This document shows positions 1 through 8,216 of a DNA stretch of 28,335 bases, piece after piece. The stretch covers positions 1 through 28,335 of IMG/VR virus record IMGVR_UViG_3300031951_000945; one strand, 5' to 3'. Position numbers and translations under genes: made by a program. Position 1 is the stretch's first letter; each line of letters starts with the position of its first letter. The DNA comes from a virus. Its lineage: Duplodnaviria; Caudoviricetes. The notes below the pieces were generated by a model, which was given only the letters and a program-made list of their open reading frames with translations, did no database searches and had not been told where the DNA came from.

Positions 1-2
1 AA

Positions 3-167
3 GCAATTTTTGTTCCAGGTCTACATAGAATTAGTGAAGAAGAGTATTCAGAACAAAAGGAAAGACTGAAGGCTGGATTAATTCCTTCAATGAATGACTT
101 AGGTGCTTGGCATGCAGCACAACAAACATTAGACAAACATGGAAGAGATGCATACGAAAATGGCTGA
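3..167 (+). CDS. 3' part of a hypothetical protein (5'-truncated by window edge)
   Basis: Open frame from base 3 to TGA at 165-167 (AIFVPGLHRISEEEYSEQKERLKAGLIPSMNDLGAWHAAQQTLDKHGRDAYENG*). The stop overlaps the probable portal ATG at 160 (ATGGCTGA). Confidence 0.75.
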   Translation, partial: AIFVPGLHRISEEEYSEQKERLKAGLIPSMNDLGAWHAAQQTLDKHGRDAYENG

Positions 168-1764
168 TCAAGAATACGTCCGTGCAGGATTAAACACGCA
201 AGAGCGTGATGAAAACATATTTAAATCACAAGATCCATTTAATAAGTCTTGGGATCTACTAAAGGACTATGCAGGACTTGATCAAAACTTCCGCCGTAGA
301 ACAACTCGCAATATGGCAAAATATGTTAATCCAGAAAATAATCAGGCATATCTAGATGCAGCAAACGCAACACCGTCTGGAGTTGATTCTGGATCAAAAC
401 AAATTAATCCTGGTACTGTATATCGTAATGGGTATGGTCTTTTTGATGTAATCACGCCACCATATAATATGTATGAATTAGCAAACTTCTACGACACATC
501 TTTTGCTAACCACGCTGCAATTGATGCTAAGGTAGAAAACGTTGTTGGTCTTGGATATCGCTTTGATGTAACAGATAAAACAATGTTGCGTTTTGAAATG
601 AATGATGACCAAGCAGCAGTTGATCGTGCACGTCGCCGTATTGAAAGAATGAAAATTGAAATGCGTGACTGGCTTGAAAACCTTAATGATGATGATAGTT
701 TTACAAAAACAATGGAAAAAGTTTATACAGATCTTCAAGCAACTGGTAATGGATTTATTGAAGTAGGTAGAACCGTTGCTGGTGACATTGGATATGTTGG
801 ACATATACCAGCAACCACTGTTCGTGTGCGTCGTCTTCGTGATGGATTTATTCAGATTATTGGACAAAAAGTTGTTTATTTTAGAAATTTTGGAGCAAAA
901 AATCTAAATCCAATGGGAACAGACCCAAGACCAAACGAAATTATTCACCTTAAAGAGTATTCACCATTAAACACATTTTATGGAATTCCAGATATTATTG
1001 CAGCAATGCCATCTTTAGTTGGAGATCAACTTGCATCTCAGTATAATATTGATTACTTTGAAAACAAGGCTGTTCCAAGATATGTCGTAACACTTAAAGG
1101 GGCAAAACTTTCAGGGGATGCTGAAGATAAAATGTTTAGATTCTTGCAGACTGGACTAAAGGCTCAGTCACATAGAACCTTATACATACCACTTCCAGGC
1201 GATAGCGATACCAATAAGGTTGAGTTTAAAATGGAACCAATTGAAAACGGAATCCAAGATGGTTCATTTAAAGAGTATCGCAAGCAAAATCGTGATGATA
1301 TTTTAATTGCTCATCAAGTTCCAATGTCTAAACTTGGTGGAGCAGACTCTGGTGGTGTGGCAGCAGCACTTTCCCAAGACCGTACATTTAAAGAGCAGGT
1401 ATCTCGTCCAGCACAGAGACATCTTGAAAAGATTGTTAATAAAATTATTAAAGAAAAGACAGATATTCTTGAGTTAAAGTTTAACGAACTAACCCTAACT
1501 GATGAAATCGCACAGTCTCAGATTCTTGAAAGATATGTAAAGACACAGGTTATGACTCCAAACGAGGCTCGTGAAAAGTTAGACTTACCACAAAGAGCAG
1601 ATGGAGATGATCCATTTGTTATGTCTCCAAGACAGGCAACCGATGCTAGGGCAAACTTAGCAGGCAATCGTGAAAGAGATGCAGAACGAACAAATAATAA
1701 TTCTGACTCAACCACAACAGTCTCTGGACGTAATCCACAGGGTGAGGGTAGAGCGTCTCAATAG
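160..1764 (+). CDS. Phage portal protein (PBSX/HK97-like family)
   Basis: Portal-like motifs TGNGFIEV, HIPATTVRV, EIIHLKEYSPLNTFYGIP, NIDYFENKAVP, ILIAHQVPMSKLG, MTPNEAREKLDLP; first gene of head module. ATG 160 (MADQEY) preferred over 139 because it overlaps the upstream stop. Confidence 0.92.
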   Translation: MADQEYVRAGLNTQERDENIFKSQDPFNKSWDLLKDYAGLDQNFRRRTTRNMAKYVNPENNQAYLDAANATPSGVDSGSKQINPGTVYRNGYGLFDVITPPYNMYELANFYDTSFANHAAIDAKVENVVGLGYRFDVTDKTMLRFEMNDDQAAVDRARRRIERMKIEMRDWLENLNDDDSFTKTMEKVYTDLQATGNGFIEVGRTVAGDIGYVGHIPATTVRVRRLRDGFIQIIGQKVVYFRNFGAKNLNPMGTDPRPNEIIHLKEYSPLNTFYGIPDIIAAMPSLVGDQLASQYNIDYFENKAVPRYVVTLKGAKLSGDAEDKMFRFLQTGLKAQSHRTLYIPLPGDSDTNKVEFKMEPIENGIQDGSFKEYRKQNRDDILIAHQVPMSKLGGADSGGVAAALSQDRTFKEQVSRPAQRHLEKIVNKIIKEKTDILELKFNELTLTDEIAQSQILERYVKTQVMTPNEAREKLDLPQRADGDDPFVMSPRQATDARANLAGNRERDAERTNNNSDSTTTVSGRNPQGEGRASQ

Positions 1765-1786
1765 TTGAGAAAACATTATAAACAAA

Positions 1787-1795
1787 TGCTATAAT
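1787..1795 (+). promoter_or_regulatory. Extended -10 promoter (TGCTATAAT), near-leaderless, for the protease gene
   Basis: TGnTATAAT in a 40-nt intergenic gap, 9 nt before ATG 1805, with no Shine-Dalgarno. TTGAGA at 1765-1770 is 19 nt upstream (poor -35 spacing). Confidence 0.7.
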
Positions 1796-1804
1796 GGTAA
1801 CGTT

Positions 1805-3115
1805 ATGTTAACAAACAAGGCTCATTGGGTAACTGAAGGTGACAATGTTCGCCTCTCAATGCCCATTGGAAAAGTAGATGTTGAACGCCGTATGGTGTCA
1901 GGTTTTGCAACGCTTGATAACGTTGATAAACAAGGAGATATTGTAACAACAGAGTCCAGCGTTGAAGCGTTTAAAAACTTCCGTGGAAATCTACGTGAAA
2001 TGCACCAACCTTCAGCAGTTGGCAAGATTGTTTCTTTTAAAGAAGATAAATATTTTGATCCAAATGATAAGAAATTTTATAGCGGAGTATATGTATCTGC
2101 ATATGTTTCAAAGGGCGCACAAGATGCATGGGAAAAGGTTCTAGACGGAACCTACACTGGTTTTTCAATTGGTGGAAATATTAAGACGTGGGACGATGCC
2201 TATGATGAAAAAATGGATAAGTCAATCCGTGTAATTAAGAATTATGAACTACATGAACTTTCTTTGGTAGACAATCCAGCAAACCAGTTTGCCAACATTG
2301 TATCTATTGAAAAAGTAAATGGACAAAATGTTGTTAGTGGATATTTATCAAAAGCAGAAGTTGAAAACGTATTTTGGGATTCAGAAAGCGGTATCGTAAT
2401 GTTATCAGACGCTGAATCAGCAGTAAGTCCAACTAACGGTAACAAGATGCAAAACATAGGCTTTGTAGAAAAGAATGATAAAGATAATACAGAAATGATA
2501 AAATTCTTAGTTGATAGTGCTAAAGGCATTAGTACAATTAAGATTACTAAGGAGGTAAATCCCATGACAGAATCAACAGAAACAGCCGTAGACGCTGTAG
2601 TTGAAAATGCAGAGGTTGCTCCAGAGGCACAACCAGCAGAAGTTGTAGAAACTCCTGCAGTTGCTGAAGAAGTTGCAGTTGCTGAGGAAGCACCTGTAGC
2701 AGAAGCAGTTGACGGTGGTGCAGACTCTGCTGTTGCTGAAGAGGCACCAGTAGAGGTAGAGAAAGCAGAAGAAGCAGTGGTAGACGCCGTTGCAGAAGTT
2801 AAGGAAGAAGTTGCTAAAGCAGTTTCAGAAATTAATGCTTCTCTTACTAATGCCTTTGGCGATCTTGCTGCAACTATTAAGTCTCTTAATGAGCAAGTAG
2901 CAGCAGTAACAAAGTCTCTTGATACAGTAACATCTGATGTTAACAATATTAAGGGTAACTTTAATGAGTTTGGCAAGCGAGTAGATGCCGTTGAGCAAGA
3001 CACCGCTTTCCGCAAGTCTGGCGATCTAGGCGAGATCGTGCAGGAATCACCACAAGTGGTTCAAAAATCCCTATGGGGCGGTCGTTTCCTCACAAATACC
3101 GACCTATTTAACTAA
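1805..3115 (+). CDS. Prohead maturation protease (HK97-type) fused to C-terminal scaffold
   Basis: N-terminal protease motifs VSGFATLDNVDKQGDIV, LREMHQ (His), GFSIGG (Ser), ELSLVDNPAN. C-terminal half is Ala/Glu/Val-rich then coiled-coil-like. Lies between portal and capsid genes. Confidence 0.9.
   Translation: MLTNKAHWVTEGDNVRLSMPIGKVDVERRMVSGFATLDNVDKQGDIVTTESSVEAFKNFRGNLREMHQPSAVGKIVSFKEDKYFDPNDKKFYSGVYVSAYVSKGAQDAWEKVLDGTYTGFSIGGNIKTWDDAYDEKMDKSIRVIKNYELHELSLVDNPANQFANIVSIEKVNGQNVVSGYLSKAEVENVFWDSESGIVMLSDAESAVSPTNGNKMQNIGFVEKNDKDNTEMIKFLVDSAKGISTIKITKEVNPMTESTETAVDAVVENAEVAPEAQPAEVVETPAVAEEVAVAEEAPVAEAVDGGADSAVAEEAPVEVEKAEEAVVDAVAEVKEEVAKAVSEINASLTNAFGDLAATIKSLNEQVAAVTKSLDTVTSDVNNIKGNFNEFGKRVDAVEQDTAFRKSGDLGEIVQESPQVVQKSLWGGRFLTNTDLFN
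2511..2556 (+). promoter_or_regulatory. Internal promoter (TTGATA-16-TACAAT) and strong RBS (AAGGAGGT) within the protease gene
   Basis: TTGATA 2511-2516, TACAAT 2533-2538, AAGGAGGT 2549-2556, in-frame ATG 2564. Confidence 0.65.
2564..3115 (+). CDS. Nested in-frame capsid scaffolding protein (183 aa, MTESTETAV...)
   Basis: AAGGAGGT 7 nt before in-frame Met254, at the point where composition switches to acidic low-complexity and coiled coil; analogous to lambda C/Nu3. Confidence 0.8.
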   Translation: MTESTETAVDAVVENAEVAPEAQPAEVVETPAVAEEVAVAEEAPVAEAVDGGADSAVAEEAPVEVEKAEEAVVDAVAEVKEEVAKAVSEINASLTNAFGDLAATIKSLNEQVAAVTKSLDTVTSDVNNIKGNFNEFGKRVDAVEQDTAFRKSGDLGEIVQESPQVVQKSLWGGRFLTNTDLFN

Positions 3116-3142
3116 GGTATATATCACTAGGAGGTGAACAAT

Positions 3143-4300
3143 ATGTCGGAACAAAATACAAATATAGAAAAAAACTATCCAGGTTCAGCAGGAGCAGGTA
3201 ATGAGGTAAACTCACAAGGCTCATTCGTATCTGGAGGTGTTGGTGGTGCAACAGGACGCAATGCTGATGGCAACGTAAGCCCAGCAGAAGCACTTGGTAA
3301 CACTGCAACTGCAGCCTTTGGTTCAACATCAGGAGCAAATGCTGTAAATCCTACAGGAGTTTCTGGTGGTATTCTAGCACCTGAACAAGCACGTCGTTTT
3401 ATTGACTACGTGTGGGATGCAACAGTTCTCGCCAAGGATGGCCGTAAGGTCACTATGCGAGCAAACACCATGGAAATTGAAAAGGTTAACGTTGGAGAGC
3501 GTGTTATCCGTGCAGCAGCACAGGGTGCACCAGACTACACAAACGTTGGCGCAACATTTTCTAAGGTAGAACTCACAACAAAGAAGATTCGTCTTGACTG
3601 GGAAGTTTCTACAGAAGCACTTGAAGACAATATTGAAGGAGCAGCACTTGAAGATCATCTAGTTCGCTTGATGACAAATGCGTTTGCTAACGATATTGAA
3701 GATCTTGCTATTAACGGAACAGGAACAGGCGCAGATGCCTTCCTTTCAATCATGCCTGGCTTCGTTGCTCAGGTAAACCAAGTTGCAGGAAATGATGCTC
3801 ACGAAGCAGCAGTAACTGTATCTGATAACGAGTGGACACCAGCAGTTATGCAAGACATTATCTTGGCTATGCCACGTAAGTACCGTGCACTTAAGAGCAA
3901 TCTTAAGTTCTACGCAGGTACTGACGCATTCCAAGGAATTGTTAAGAATAACGGTACACTTGCTGATGCAATCGCAGAAGCAGTTGCTGGACAAGTTCCA
4001 GGAAGCACTCAAGCAAACCGTCAAGCATACCTTGATGGCGCAGGACAGACATTTGGTAACTCACGTACAACTCGTGTACTAGGTGTAGATGTTCTTGAAG
4101 TTCCTTACTACCCTGCAGGATATGTAGATCTTACATTCCCACAGAACCGTGTATGGGGCTTCCAGAGAGACATCACTGTTAACCGTGAATACAAGCCAAA
4201 GAAGGACACAATTGAATACACAGTATTCGTCCGTTTTGGTATTCAATGGGAAGAACTAGATGCTGTATCTTATGCAGATGCAGACTCAACTGATTCATAA
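3143..4300 (+). CDS. Major capsid protein (HK97 fold)
   Basis: GGILAPEQARRFID, VELTTKKIRLDWEVSTEALEDNIEG, FANDIEDLAINGTG, LGVDVLEVPY and RDITVNREY motifs. SD AGGAGGT 3129-3135 favours ATG 3143. Confidence 0.93.
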   Translation: MSEQNTNIEKNYPGSAGAGNEVNSQGSFVSGGVGGATGRNADGNVSPAEALGNTATAAFGSTSGANAVNPTGVSGGILAPEQARRFIDYVWDATVLAKDGRKVTMRANTMEIEKVNVGERVIRAAAQGAPDYTNVGATFSKVELTTKKIRLDWEVSTEALEDNIEGAALEDHLVRLMTNAFANDIEDLAINGTGTGADAFLSIMPGFVAQVNQVAGNDAHEAAVTVSDNEWTPAVMQDIILAMPRKYRALKSNLKFYAGTDAFQGIVKNNGTLADAIAEAVAGQVPGSTQANRQAYLDGAGQTFGNSRTTRVLGVDVLEVPYYPAGYVDLTFPQNRVWGFQRDITVNREYKPKKDTIEYTVFVRFGIQWEELDAVSYADADSTDS

Positions 4301-4318
4301 TCATTGATCCATTCAGAC

Positions 4319-4351
4319 AAGGGGAGGGTAGTTTAATCGCTACCCTCCCTT
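4319..4351 (+). terminator. Strong stem-loop after the capsid gene (terminator or 3' stabiliser, no U-tract)
   Basis: GGGAGGGTAG (4322-4331) is the exact reverse complement of CTACCCTCCC (4340-4349), 8-nt loop. Only TT follows. Confidence 0.75.
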
Positions 4352-4361
4352 AGTCATATTC

Positions 4362-4370
4362 TGGTATAAT
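4362..4370 (+). promoter_or_regulatory. Extended -10 promoter (TGGTATAAT)
   Basis: TGnTATAAT immediately after the hairpin; AGGAG at 4384-4388 precedes ATG 4394. Confidence 0.7.
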
Positions 4371-4393
4371 TACAAATGAACGTAGGAGATTAT

Positions 4394-4729
4394 ATGACAA
4401 TGGAAGAATTAGCAACAAAGACCGTAATGGAACTAAAATCTTATGCTAAGAAAAATAACATTGATTTATTTGGGGTATCTACCAAATTAGAAATTTTAGA
4501 AGTAATTGCTAGTTTTAATCCAGAAAAACCAAAAGATGATGTTGTAGAAGAAAAGAAAGCAATTGAAAAAGTTGCCCTTTACTCTGAAAAGAACATCTAC
4601 TGGGGTGGACTTGGAGAACTAAAGGTGGGGTATAACATCGTCTCAAAGGAGGCATCGGAAAAGTGGATTACTCGCAAGGCAGTCAGAATTGCACAGCCTG
4701 AAGAAGTAGCCTCATACTACGGTAAATAA
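4394..4729 (+). CDS. Small protein with N-terminal Rho-N/HeH-like helical domain
   Basis: EELATKTVMELKSYAKKNNIDLFGVSTKLEILEVI matches the L..xTV.ELK..AK...I......K.E++..I pattern. Start 4394 has SD AGGAG; alternative start 4376. Confidence 0.65.
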   Translation: MTMEELATKTVMELKSYAKKNNIDLFGVSTKLEILEVIASFNPEKPKDDVVEEKKAIEKVALYSEKNIYWGGLGELKVGYNIVSKEASEKWITRKAVRIAQPEEVASYYGK

Positions 4730-4731
4730 CA

Positions 4732-5733
4732 ATGTCAGTCATTCTTCGCACACCACCATACCCACTTTCTGTAACCTATACAGTTCCAGATGAGTCAGCA
4801 GACTATATTCTTGTTATTGAAGACGTTCCAGAACAAACAGAACTTGAAGTATTTATTAGCGGAGAGTCTGGTCTAACTGCTTCGTCAGAAGGAAAGATTA
4901 CATATGAGTTATCTGGAGACTTTGTAAAATACGATAAGTCATATGCAGTAACAGTATATGAAGATATTGATGGTGAACGTGGAGATATAGTTGTTGAAGA
5001 TAATCTACAAATTGAAAGACCATATGTTGATCCAGTTGCCATAGCAGCATCATACAATGAAACATCTGCAACAGGAATTGAAAAGTTTAAAGAATATGAA
5101 TCAATGGCCAGAGCAATTATTGATACAATGGTTGATGGATTCTATTACAATCGTAAATTTTTAGAGGTTGTTGGACAAGAAACAGATTATATTCCGCTTT
5201 GGGATAGGACACATAAAATTTTAAAGGCATACGAAAATGCAGAACTAGTATATGATGTAAATGATCCAGATGGTCCAGCACTTGGAGACTTTAATTATAT
5301 TATTACAAAAGATAAGACAGCAATTACCAAAGATCCAGTACAAGCAACAGATTCATTAAATAGGGCAGAAAGACGTCCATCAAGAATCCCACTTGGAGTT
5401 TCAGATTCCTATGCATTGTTTGATACAGAAGATAGTGGAAATGTTCAAACGATAACTGCAGGAGTTGGATTTGCTGAAGGTGCTGATTATATTTTCTTAG
5501 TTGAAACTGGATATAAAGTTGTTCCAATTGATATTCAGGATGCTACAAAAATGTTAATTGATGATATTAAGTGTGGTAAGTTAGACTACTATAAGAGATA
5601 TGTAAAAAACTACAGCACTGATCAATTTAAAATTGAGTATGACAAGAGAATGATTGAGGGTACTGGAAATATTATTGTAGACAAGATTTTGTCTAAATAT
5701 GTTAATAATATTGTTCGTCCTGGAGTGTTGTAA
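4732..5733 (+). CDS. Head-tail adaptor (SPP1 gp15/HK97 gp6-like) with N-terminal beta-rich extension
   Basis: Synteny; C-terminal GYKVVPIDIQDATKML and TGNIIVDKILSKY resemble adaptor motifs. Confidence 0.6.
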   Translation: MSVILRTPPYPLSVTYTVPDESADYILVIEDVPEQTELEVFISGESGLTASSEGKITYELSGDFVKYDKSYAVTVYEDIDGERGDIVVEDNLQIERPYVDPVAIAASYNETSATGIEKFKEYESMARAIIDTMVDGFYYNRKFLEVVGQETDYIPLWDRTHKILKAYENAELVYDVNDPDGPALGDFNYIITKDKTAITKDPVQATDSLNRAERRPSRIPLGVSDSYALFDTEDSGNVQTITAGVGFAEGADYIFLVETGYKVVPIDIQDATKMLIDDIKCGKLDYYKRYVKNYSTDQFKIEYDKRMIEGTGNIIVDKILSKYVNNIVRPGVL

Positions 5734-6182
5734 TGACTGTATGCGAAACTACAGACTTCATGTATCCAATGAAGGCAGATATATATTTTCCAATTCTTAC
5801 ACAAGGTGATTATGGTCAACCTAAAAAAGACTGGGTATATGATAGAACAATCGTATGTAATGCAACACCAGTAGGTGGGGCAGGAACTGAAGATATAAAG
5901 CCAGAGACATTTTTACAGTATGAAAATAAATTAATTGCAAGAACAGGAAACGATCCAAGACTGTCATCTAATGGATCATACAATGCAATAACAAATATAT
6001 TAATTACAAATATTAGAAGTGCAAACGACTCAGTTATTTATAAGGAAACAGCAGGTGCAAGAACTGGCAGAGGCACTATTTATGAAATAGCAACAGTAGA
6101 ACCATTTACTGGTCCATTTGGAGATACAGAATATTATAAAATGTTGTGGCGTAGAACTGAGAATCAAACGGTAGGCGACTAA
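5733..6182 (+). CDS. Putative head closure/stopper protein
   Basis: 149-aa beta-rich protein after the adaptor (DYGQPKKDW, IYEIATVEPF); TAATG coupling. Confidence 0.5.
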   Translation: MTVCETTDFMYPMKADIYFPILTQGDYGQPKKDWVYDRTIVCNATPVGGAGTEDIKPETFLQYENKLIARTGNDPRLSSNGSYNAITNILITNIRSANDSVIYKETAGARTGRGTIYEIATVEPFTGPFGDTEYYKMLWRRTENQTVGD

Positions 6183-6859
6183 TGTTAGTAAACATGAATA
6201 CTAAAATGTTTACTGCACAAATGAACAATATTGTAAACTACTCTTTTGGTTTTTTAGAAGGTGTTCAAAAAGGTAAAAAAATATTTCTTGATAAACTTGG
6301 AAAAGGCGTAATAGAAGCATTGTCACAATATGTTGATGTTGAAGCAAGGTCTAACCCAAAAGCATTGCATCATGTATATGAATGGAATCAAACTGGAAGT
6401 CCAACATCTAGACTATTTAATTTAAACTATACTGTGAGCAATCTTGGATTATCAATTAATTCTACATTTAAACAATCAAGAACAGTTTCAGAAAATATGA
6501 CAGCACCATTTTATAATAAGGCAAAAATTATGGAAGAAGGAATTCCAGTAACAATTGCACCAACAAGAGCGCAGGTATTAAGGTTTAGTGGTGCAAATGG
6601 AGAGGTTTTTACAAAAAAGCCAATCAAGGTTGATTCTCCAGGAGGAGAAGAAGTTGTTGGAAGTTTTGAATCAGTAGTTGATATTTTTATTTCTAGATAC
6701 TTTAAACAATCATTTTTACGTGCTTCTGGATTATATGATTACATTAAAAAACCAACATTATATAAAACAAACTTTAAGGCTGGATCAAGAATGGGTAAAA
6801 GCAAAGGTGTTGAAACAGGATTTAAATGGATTGCCAATGCAACAATTGGGGTAGAATAG
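6182..6859 (+). CDS. Putative neck/tail completion protein (HK97 gp10-like)
   Basis: Basic protein with IMEEG..VTIAPTRAQVLRF...GEVFTKKPIKVDSPG motif; synteny; TAATG coupling. Confidence 0.5.
   Translation: MLVNMNTKMFTAQMNNIVNYSFGFLEGVQKGKKIFLDKLGKGVIEALSQYVDVEARSNPKALHHVYEWNQTGSPTSRLFNLNYTVSNLGLSINSTFKQSRTVSENMTAPFYNKAKIMEEGIPVTIAPTRAQVLRFSGANGEVFTKKPIKVDSPGGEEVVGSFESVVDIFISRYFKQSFLRASGLYDYIKKPTLYKTNFKAGSRMGKSKGVETGFKWIANATIGVE
6852..6857 (+). promoter_or_regulatory. Possible -10 (TAGAAT) for a leaderless transcript of the next gene
   Basis: TAGAAT 6 nt before ATG 6864; shares TAGAATAGA with the site at 8202-8210. Confidence 0.35.
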
Positions 6860-6863
6860 ACCT

Positions 6864-7433
6864 ATGACTATATTAACAGACACTGGATTTCCACCAACAT
6901 TTTTGAATGGATATATTCTTTCAGAGTTAGCATATTATGGATTGGTTGCTGAAGCAGACTTGTTAAACCCAAGTCCAATGGTTCCAGCCCAGTTTCCAAC
7001 TAATATTGAAGATTTGTATAACGATAGTATTGTAATAAGACAAACAGAAAGTCCTCTATTGGTTGTATATGATAGATTAATGAGGTTTAGGCCAAGCCCA
7101 TTTTATATGCGTAAAAGGGAGCAACTTATATACTTCTTATACTCAACAGATGTTGCAAAACTAATAGACGCTGTTCGTGTAATATCTAATGCCCTTGACC
7201 GTGAAGACTCATCAGCACAAGATATCAATTCCTGGGCTATTGCTAATCCAGTTTTAAATTCTCAAGGTAATGTGATTCCATATAATATTTTCTTTCATAA
7301 TACTAGGGTATATCAGGCAGATGAAAGTAGAGACGTTGCAGAATTAGCCTCAGCAAGAACCCTGTTCGTAAACAAGATTATTGTTGAATACGACTATCAC
7401 ATCAAGACAGAGCCAGATTCTAGATATACATAA
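6864..7433 (+). CDS. Putative tail terminator protein
   Basis: 189-aa acidic alpha/beta protein directly upstream of the tail tube gene; assignment by synteny. Confidence 0.5.
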   Translation: MTILTDTGFPPTFLNGYILSELAYYGLVAEADLLNPSPMVPAQFPTNIEDLYNDSIVIRQTESPLLVVYDRLMRFRPSPFYMRKREQLIYFLYSTDVAKLIDAVRVISNALDREDSSAQDINSWAIANPVLNSQGNVIPYNIFFHNTRVYQADESRDVAELASARTLFVNKIIVEYDYHIKTEPDSRYT

Positions 7434-7437
7434 AAGG

Positions 7438-7500
7438 CAGTATAATTGGTCTTGAGGAAACACGCCAAACAACTTAATAAAAACTTTATGAAAGAGGTGA
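7438..7500 (+). promoter_or_regulatory. -10 promoter (CAGTATAAT), A-rich leader and RBS (GAGGTGA) of the tail tube gene
   Basis: TATAAT 7441-7446 in a 73-nt intergenic gap; SD 7494-7500; ATG 7507. Confidence 0.6.
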
Positions 7501-7506
7501 ATAAAT

Positions 7507-8139
7507 ATGCCATATAGCCGTGGTACGTCAAACAACATTATTGTTGGTGCAGCAGCACTTTTCGTTGCAGATACAACACTTACTCCAGGAACACTGGAAA
7601 GTTTTGATTCAAGCGAATCTTTTAAGGATACGCTTACAGCGGATGCAGCCTATACTAACGTAGGTTATACCATGAACGGTCTTGAACTACAGTTCCAACC
7701 AGATTTCGGTGAAGTCCAGGTAGATCAAATTCTTGACGTTGCAAAACTATATAAGCAAGGTATGCAGGTTAATCTTGCTACCGCTTTTGCTGAAGCAACT
7801 TTAGAAAACTTGCTCCTTGCATTAGCATTCTCTGATACACAACTTACAGGAAACAAGGCAGCATCTACAGGTCAGACACTTAATCTATCTGCAGGTGAAC
7901 TTGGAGAATGTCCAGTAGAACGAGGAATCGTTGCTGTTGGACCAGGAACTGGAGACTGTGACGCATCTGACTCTATTGAGCGTGTTTACACAGCATACCG
8001 TGCTCTATCAATTGAGAACGTAACAGTATCTGCTAAGCGTGACGAAGCATCAATGTTTGAGGTTTCATTCCGTCTTCTTCCTGAAGACGCATCAGGATCC
8101 TATGGTAAGATCGTAGATCGTACTTGGGGACAATCATAA
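7507..8139 (+). CDS. Major tail (tube) protein
   Basis: NIIVGAAALF, VGYTMNGLELQFQPDFGEVQVDQ, FAEATLENLLLAL, FEVSFRLLP resemble siphovirus tube proteins; strong RBS and own terminator. Confidence 0.85.
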   Translation: MPYSRGTSNNIIVGAAALFVADTTLTPGTLESFDSSESFKDTLTADAAYTNVGYTMNGLELQFQPDFGEVQVDQILDVAKLYKQGMQVNLATAFAEATLENLLLALAFSDTQLTGNKAASTGQTLNLSAGELGECPVERGIVAVGPGTGDCDASDSIERVYTAYRALSIENVTVSAKRDEASMFEVSFRLLPEDASGSYGKIVDRTWGQS

Positions 8140-8157
8140 TCTAGTCTTAGATTAACT

Positions 8158-8195
8158 AAAAGCCCATCTCTAACGAGGTGGGTTTTTTGTTTTGT
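8158..8195 (+). terminator. Intrinsic (Rho-independent) terminator
   Basis: AGCCCATCTC-TAAC-GAGGTGGGTT stem-loop (with G:U pairs) followed by TTTTGTTTTGT. Confidence 0.88.
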
Positions 8196-8198
8196 CTG

Positions 8199-8207
8199 TG
8201 ATAGAAT
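8199..8207 (+). promoter_or_regulatory. Extended -10 promoter (TGATAGAAT), near-leaderless
   Basis: Directly after the terminator, 9 nt before ATG 8217, no SD; same spacing as 1787/1805. Confidence 0.6.
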
Positions 8208-8216
8208 AGAAAGATT

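Noticed and set aside
2657-2755. Imperfect AVAEE(APV) repeats as a possible array
   Set aside because: Protein-level low-complexity repeats in the scaffold; no constant repeat-spacer structure, so not CRISPR.
2242-3015. 257-aa minus-strand Ser/Thr/Ala-rich ORF
   Set aside because: Antisense shadow of the Ala/Val/Glu-rich scaffold codons; no RBS or domain signal.
7488-7517. 9-codon upstream ORF overlapping the tube gene start
   Set aside because: No SD at usable distance; the real start has a strong GAGGTGA.
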